From assembly GCA_036338695.1 (NCBI GenBank), contig JAYZBQ010000061.1, positions 1 through 44,177 of the forward strand: a stretch of DNA of 44,177 nucleotides, written 5' to 3'. The translations under genes were made by a program, and so were the position numbers. Below, piece by piece: positions 39,006 to 44,177 of this stretch. The DNA is from Myxococcota bacterium. GTDB lineage: Bacteria > Myxococcota > UBA4151. Each line of letters opens with the position of its first letter. Positions within the stretch are counted from its first letter, which is position 1. The notes below the pieces were generated by a model, which worked only from the letters and a program-made list of their open reading frames with translations, was not told where the DNA came from and did no database searches.

Positions 39006-40480
39006 GAGCGACCACCTCGCCTGAGCGCGCGCAGCCCTTGAGCTACCGGGGAGTCCACCCAGACCAAGGCGGCGAGATAGGCGAACAGCGCCAGCGCAAA
39101 GGCGACGACGCTCCAACCTTGCAGCCCGACAACGACGACGACGACGGTGCCTGCGATGAGCGGCAGCGCCGGCAAGAGTTGATTTGCGTTCGCCAGCACG
39201 AACTTCATCTCATGCACGCGATAACACCACATGATGAGAGCGATCGCCGCGACGCTTTGACCGATGAAGAAGGCTTGACCGATCGACTGCCTCAAGGTGG
39301 ACGCGTCCATCACGAGCCACCCGACAAGCCCTGCGATGGCGCCGATGCCTTGCGCGATTACGGCATAAGGTACCACGGCGCGCGCATCGACGGTCGGGCG
39401 GCAGAACTGAAACAGCGTCACCGCCGGGATCGCGAGCACCATCCATCGAGCAGAGCCCACGAAACCACCGGCTCCAAAACCGAGCCAGAGCTGAACGACC
39501 GGCTCGATGAACGCCACCAGCCCAAGGGTGACGGGCAGCTGCAGGTCCCACGCAGTGCGCAGCCCATGGCGAACGAAGGTGCGCACCTCCTCGTCCTCAC
39601 GTTGGACCTGCGCGAGCGAAAGCCGCGGCAACAACACAAAGGACAACGGCGAGAGCACCATGACCGGCAGATTGACCAGGCTCGTGACAGCGTTCGCCAG
39701 CGCAGCCTCCGTCGGCAAGCCCACGTGGAGCAGCGCCATCGGAACACCCGCCCACAAGATAAAGGCGAAAATTCCTCCTGGAAGGCGCGCCAACCCGTAT
39801 GCGAGCAACGCGCCCAAGCGGTCGGCTTGCACCGGCTCAGCGGGTTGCCGAAGGGGACGCACCACCCCAGCGATCAGCGCTAGACTGGTCACACCGATCA
39901 GCGACTGCCCAACCCCGATGCGCAGCACCAGCGCCTCGAGCGCTGCCTCCGGCTCGTAAGCCAAACAAACGAGCGGCCATAGGGCGTAGCCGGTGACCTG
40001 CAACCCGGCCGCTAGGCGGATCCGGTGCAACCCGCGCAACGCAGCATAGGGGACCACCAGCACGCTCAGTCCAAGGAGCTGAAACACAAACGGCCACACC
40101 AGGCTCATGCGCTCGCCGATCACCGGCGCAAGAAACGGTGCGCTCCATCCTGCGCTCAGCACCCCGACGTGAAGCGCGAGCATCGCCGCAACGATACCGC
40201 TCAGCTGAAGAGTGCGACGGCGTATCATCCGCAGATCCTGCAAACGCGGCAGGTAGCGACTCAGCGCCAGGCTCACGCCCAGCGTGCTCACGGGGACCCA
40301 CATCGCCGACACCCGGCGAATCTGCGAAAAGAACCCCAGATCATCCGGACTCAGCGCTCGGCCGATCCAAGCGAACAAGACGATGCTCGAGCAAGCGACC
40401 GAGACCGAGGCGAGCGTCGAGACGATGTAGTCGCTGCGCACGCCGCTTAAAGCACGATGCTGATCAGCCAACGATTCCAC
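39002..40480 (-). CDS. wzx: Wzx-type flippase (MOP superfamily)
   Basis: About 13-14 TM, GRALSPDDLG, LGVSLALSRYLP, LLPRLS. Start uncertain (GTG 40480 or TTG 40471). Confidence 0.75.
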   Translation of the reverse strand: MESLADQHRALSGVRSDYIVSTLASVSVACSSIVLFAWIGRALSPDDLGFFSQIRRVSAMWVPVSTLGVSLALSRYLPRLQDLRMIRRRTLQLSGIVAAMLALHVGVLSAGWSAPFLAPVIGERMSLVWPFVFQLLGLSVLVVPYAALRGLHRIRLAAGLQVTGYALWPLVCLAYEPEAALEALVLRIGVGQSLIGVTSLALIAGVVRPLRQPAEPVQADRLGALLAYGLARLPGGIFAFILWAGVPMALLHVGLPTEAALANAVTSLVNLPVMVLSPLSFVLLPRLSLAQVQREDEEVRTFVRHGLRTAWDLQLPVTLGLVAFIEPVVQLWLGFGAGGFVGSARWMVLAIPAVTLFQFCRPTVDARAVVPYAVIAQGIGAIAGLVGWLVMDASTLRQSIGQAFFIGQSVAAIALIMWCYRVHEMKFVLANANQLLPALPLIAGTVVVVVVGLQGWSVVAFALALFAYLAALVWVDSPVAQGLRALRRGGRS

Positions 40481-40561
40481 GCTCCTCGCCCGCTTGCTTG
40501 CGCCAATTTTCGGTTGCGAAAACGCTAGCGGATACGCGCAGGCTCTACTACGTATCATCGC

Positions 40562-41365
40562 ATGAAAGCGAGCAATTCTGACATCGTGTTCGCGCCGCTG
40601 TTGCAGCGCCGCACCATCGTGATCATGCTGATCTGCGCCGCCTTGGGCGCCGCTGCGTCCATCGTCAGCGGTCAACTCAAAAAGCCCCGCTATATTGCGA
40701 ACTTGGTCCTGCGTGTGGGTGAGGTCGGCTACGTCACCAACGCCGGCTTAGTTCAGCGCAGCGTCGAGCGACCTAAGGAGCTGGTCGAACGACTCCGGTA
40801 CGAACACCGCCTCAAAGGCATCGGGCGGCGCGTCATGACCATGCCGTACCTTCATCGAGCGCGCTTGTCGCGAACGGACAACAACCTCGTGGTTCTCGAA
40901 GCGCATGGCTCGACGGAGATTGAGGCAACCGACTTTCTTCGCCAATTGAGCGACAAGCTGATCAAAGACCACTCCGAGCATTTTACGGACGCTGATGACC
41001 TCTGGGAGAAGCGACGTGGTCAGCTGCATAAGCACCTGCAGATCATTGACGGCGTGATCGATGAACAGCTCAAGACGCTGACAAAGGCGCCGAGCGATAA
41101 CGATCAGATTCACGCGCTGCGGCTCATGCAGATGGGGATCCTGACCTCGAACCGTGCGAAGGCCGATGAGGATCTGCACCTGCTCAATATCTCGCGCTCA
41201 CGCTTCTATACAGCACCGACGCGCATCGTCCAACAGCCGGACAACGCCGTCACGGTCGGGCTGTCCTCGGTGGCGGTCGGCGGCGCCGGCGGGTTCGGCG
41301 GCTTGGTCATTGGCTGCCTGATTGCGCTCATCACGACGAGTCGCCGCGAAGAGCAAGAAGCCTAG
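40562..41365 (+). CDS. Wzz-like chain-length regulator (PCP family)
   Basis: N-terminal TM followed by P.Y.A, coiled-coil centre, Pro-containing segment then Gly-rich C-terminal TM (GGAGGFGGLVIG). Confidence 0.7.
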   Translation: MKASNSDIVFAPLLQRRTIVIMLICAALGAAASIVSGQLKKPRYIANLVLRVGEVGYVTNAGLVQRSVERPKELVERLRYEHRLKGIGRRVMTMPYLHRARLSRTDNNLVVLEAHGSTEIEATDFLRQLSDKLIKDHSEHFTDADDLWEKRRGQLHKHLQIIDGVIDEQLKTLTKAPSDNDQIHALRLMQMGILTSNRAKADEDLHLLNISRSRFYTAPTRIVQQPDNAVTVGLSSVAVGGAGGFGGLVIGCLIALITTSRREEQEA

Positions 41366-42666
41366 GCCATCACGAGGCGTGCGCTAAACGGCCCGGCGCC
41401 CAAGCGAGGGCGGACGGCGTTGCGGGTATCCACCACCAAGCTGGCGTGCGTCATCACCGACTCATAATCGACCTCTTCGTGGTCTGTCGTGATCAACACT
41501 GCGTCCGCCTCTTGGAGGATCGACTCGGTCAGATCTCGTGAGCCCCCGAGGCGCAGGTCATGCTTTCGCATCTGCGGCAGCTCCGGGACGAACGGGTCGT
41601 GATAGCGAACGTCCGCTTGCCCCTCGATGAGCAGCTCGATGACGTCAAGCGCCGGGCTCTCGCGCATGTCCTCGACGCCTGGCTTGTAAGCCACACCAAG
41701 CACCAACACCTTGGCGTCTCGCAGCGGCTTACCGTCCTCGCTCAGGGCGATCCGCAGGCGATCGATGACGTAGCGTGGCATGCCGCTGTTGATCTGGCCG
41801 GCGAGCTCAATGAACCGAGTGGTCAAGCCGTGCTCACGAGCCTTCCAGGTCAGGTAGAACGGATCGACCGGGATGCAGTGACCGCCGATCCCCGGCCCCG
41901 GCGTGAACTTCATGAACCCAAAGGGCTTGGTCGCCGCCGCCTCGATGACCGACCAGACGTCGATGTCCATCCGGTCGCAGACCATCTTGAGCTCGTTGAC
42001 CAAGGCGATGTTGACCGCCCGAAAGATGTTCTCAAAGAGCTTGGCGAGCTCGGCGACCTCCATAGAGTCTACGGCGATCACGCGGTCCAGCGCTCGCTCA
42101 TAAAGCGCCACGGCGCGCGCCGTCGTCGACGGCGTGTACCCGCCCACGAGCTTCGGGATCGTCTGCGTCCCAAAATCGGCGTTGCCCGGGTCCTCACGCT
42201 CCGGCGAGTACGCGAGGTCAAGCGTCTCACCCACAACCAGCGCGCTGCCGGACTCGAGGATCGGCTTCATGACCTCAGCGCTGGTCCCAGGAAAAGTCGT
42301 GCTCTCGAGAATGACCAAGGCGCCCGACCGAAGGTGCGGTGCAATCCGCTCACAGGTTGAGGTGACGTAGCTAAGGTCAGGGTCGCGGTACTTGGTGAGC
42401 GGGGTGGGCACCGCGATGATGACCGCGTCGACCTCTGCGCACCGCTCAAAATCAGTCGTCGCCTCAAACTGCCCTGTGGCCACCGCCTTCTCAATCTCGC
42501 TGTCGGCGATGTGCCCGAGGTAGCTGCTCCCCGAGTTCAAGGCGTCGACTTTGCTTTGGTCGATGTCCAAGCCGAGCACGGAGACGCCGCCGCGCACGAA
42601 GCTGAGCGCCAGAGGTAAGCCGACATAACCCATGCCCACAATCAATACGCGTTCATCTGCACCCAT
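41362..42666 (-). CDS. UDP-N-acetylhexosamine 6-dehydrogenase, WbpA-like
   Basis: GMGYVGLPL, VPTPL, ESTTFPGT, SPEREDPGN, KLFENIFRAVNIALVNE, GGHCIPVDP, DMRESPA. Confidence 0.93.
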   Translation of the reverse strand: MGADERVLIVGMGYVGLPLALSFVRGGVSVLGLDIDQSKVDALNSGSSYLGHIADSEIEKAVATGQFEATTDFERCAEVDAVIIAVPTPLTKYRDPDLSYVTSTCERIAPHLRSGALVILESTTFPGTSAEVMKPILESGSALVVGETLDLAYSPEREDPGNADFGTQTIPKLVGGYTPSTTARAVALYERALDRVIAVDSMEVAELAKLFENIFRAVNIALVNELKMVCDRMDIDVWSVIEAAATKPFGFMKFTPGPGIGGHCIPVDPFYLTWKAREHGLTTRFIELAGQINSGMPRYVIDRLRIALSEDGKPLRDAKVLVLGVAYKPGVEDMRESPALDVIELLIEGQADVRYHDPFVPELPQMRKHDLRLGGSRDLTESILQEADAVLITTDHEEVDYESVMTHASLVVDTRNAVRPRLGAGPFSARLVMA

Positions 42667-42755
42667 AGTTCCCCCGGAGTCTCTGCGCTCCCTAGCGCGC
42701 TTCCCCCGCTCAATCCAGAACTTGCGTCTCGGCGCATCAAGAAGCAGCTTAGCGC

Positions 42756-44033
42756 ATGACCCAACGCGCTGGACTCATCTCCAACATGACCTGGCTAGGC
42801 GGCGCCCAAGTCCTCGCTCGCCTGCTGCAGCTCGCCGCGTACGCCAGCTTGGCGCGCCGGCTCGGCGAGATCGGCTTTGGTCGCTTCGTCTACGCGTTCT
42901 CTCTACTGGACATGGTCGCCTTCTTGGCGACGCTCGGGCTCCCCATCCTCTACACGCGGCACATCGCAGCGGATCGGACAGGCCATGCGCATGCAGCGAC
43001 GCTGACAAAGCACCGGCTAACGCTCGCCGTCGTGCTGTTCGGTTCGCTGTGGTTGTGGCTGATCCCCCCCTCGATCGCGGTTGATCTCCTCGCCATGATG
43101 TTCGCTGCGATGCTGCTGCGCGGCTACCATCATTTTGGCGCCTCGGGTCTGCGTGGGCGCGAGCGCATGGAGGGCGAGGCGCTGGCGACGGTAGCCGGTC
43201 GGCTGGTGTTTACGCTCGCCGCCGGAGGAGGCGTCTGGCTCGTGGATGAACCCGCCGCCATGTTGCGAGTGACCTTCATGGGGTTTCTCGCAGGCGAGAT
43301 GATCACCTTGATCATGGTGACGCGGTCGATGCGGGCGCTCGGGCTGGTCTGGGATCCCCCTTTACCCACGCCTCATCAACGCGCAGAGGTCTGGCGCGAG
43401 CTGCTGCCGTTCGCCGCCGCCGGGTTGCTCGGTCTCATCGCCTTTCGGGTGGACGTGGTGATGCTGCGGTCGCTCTCGACACCGCTGATGGCAGACCATC
43501 TCGTCGGCAGCTACGGAGCAGCCTACCGCATTTTGGAGGCGGGTCTTTTCGTCCCCGGCGCGATCGCAGCCGCTTTGTTCCCGGCGCTGGTTCGAACCCA
43601 GACGAACGGCGCGCTCCCGAGCGCTCTTTTTCGCCGAGCGACGCTCGCGCTCGCCGGACTTGGGCTCGCGGGCGCTGCGGTGCTGTTCTACGGTGCGCCA
43701 CACCTCATGCGTGTCTTCGCCGGTCAAGGGTATGAGCAAGGTATCCCTGCGCTGGCAGCGCTGGGCGCAGCTGTTCCCTTCTTGTTCGTGAACTTTGCGC
43801 TGGGTTCCGGGGTCTTTGCGATCGGCAAAGAGTGGTGGGGTTTCGCCGGATTGTGCTGCAGCTTACTATTAAATGTCTTAGGTAATTACTGGGTGATGAC
43901 CCGTTACCCCGGTCAAGCGCTGGTCGGCGCTGCGCTCTTTACTGCGGCTTCGGAGGCGACCCTCACGATCTCGCACGTGCTGGTGCTCACGCTCGCCCGG
44001 CGAACTAACGGGTCACGGCGATCATCGGACTAG
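42756..44033 (+). CDS. wzx: Second Wzx-type flippase
   Basis: LARRLG..FG, LGLP..TR.IA, RVDVVML, VGSYGAAYRI, LFPAL motifs; about 12 TM. Confidence 0.85.
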   Translation: MTQRAGLISNMTWLGGAQVLARLLQLAAYASLARRLGEIGFGRFVYAFSLLDMVAFLATLGLPILYTRHIAADRTGHAHAATLTKHRLTLAVVLFGSLWLWLIPPSIAVDLLAMMFAAMLLRGYHHFGASGLRGRERMEGEALATVAGRLVFTLAAGGGVWLVDEPAAMLRVTFMGFLAGEMITLIMVTRSMRALGLVWDPPLPTPHQRAEVWRELLPFAAAGLLGLIAFRVDVVMLRSLSTPLMADHLVGSYGAAYRILEAGLFVPGAIAAALFPALVRTQTNGALPSALFRRATLALAGLGLAGAAVLFYGAPHLMRVFAGQGYEQGIPALAALGAAVPFLFVNFALGSGVFAIGKEWWGFAGLCCSLLLNVLGNYWVMTRYPGQALVGAALFTAASEATLTISHVLVLTLARRTNGSRRSSD

Positions 44034-44177
44034 GTCCAACGAGCGTGCTCTCATCGAGACCATGACCGGTCCGACCGAGCGTCGTATCACCCCAACAGGC
44101 TACCCTACCATTGAGCCCAAGCGCACAGATCTGTCGCTCATTACCGACCACTTGCTGAACTCGGTCTCCGATCGATG
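44005..44177 (-). CDS. Partial RCC1/BLIP-II-repeat protein (C-terminus only; not in ORF track)
   Basis: Hand translation from 44175: SIGDRVQQVVGNERQICALGLNGRVACWGDTTLGRTGHGLDESTLVGPSPMIAVTR*. CAL..G.V.CWG....G..G.G matches the RCC1 repeat pattern. Confidence 0.7.
   Translation of the reverse strand, partial: SIGDRVQQVVGNERQICALGLNGRVACWGDTTLGRTGHGLDESTLVGPSPMIAVTR

Noticed and set aside
41560..42360. Long antisense ORFs (also 31255-32157, 8089-8943, 37881-38705, 39038-39883 and others)
   Set aside because: Shadow frames opposite well-supported genes, expected from high-GC codon bias; no motifs.

Overview
GC-rich, very gene-dense bacterial window. Cys-rich, PEGA-like, Kelch, RCC1 and 'DAG'-repeat exported proteins suggest a Myxococcota/deltaproteobacterial-type genome (inference). 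In order: a membrane-tailed protein plus Cys-rich lipoprotein pair; a tetraheme cytochrome c-gltX-rpsP-rimM-trmD-EamA run; coaE-engB; a four-gene operon of uncharacterised exported proteins ending in a Kelch lipoprotein; an apparently catalytically degenerate extended SDR; a complete System I cytochrome c maturation operon ccmA-I (ccmD is missing from the ORF track); a HadAB-like dehydratase pair divergent from an SDR and an acyl-CoA synthetase; and a ~21 kb Wzx/Wzy surface-glycan locus. That locus encodes a WbpABDEI-like diacetamido-uronic acid pathway, an aminotransferase/PGT/4,6-dehydratase trio, a glutaminase-less AsnB-like enzyme, a ligase, Wzy, Wzz and two flippases, and is interrupted by a GH1 lipoprotein. 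The window ends in a partial RCC1-repeat gene. No RNA genes, CRISPR arrays or mobile elements were recognised. All calls come from motif reading by eye; no database searches were run.
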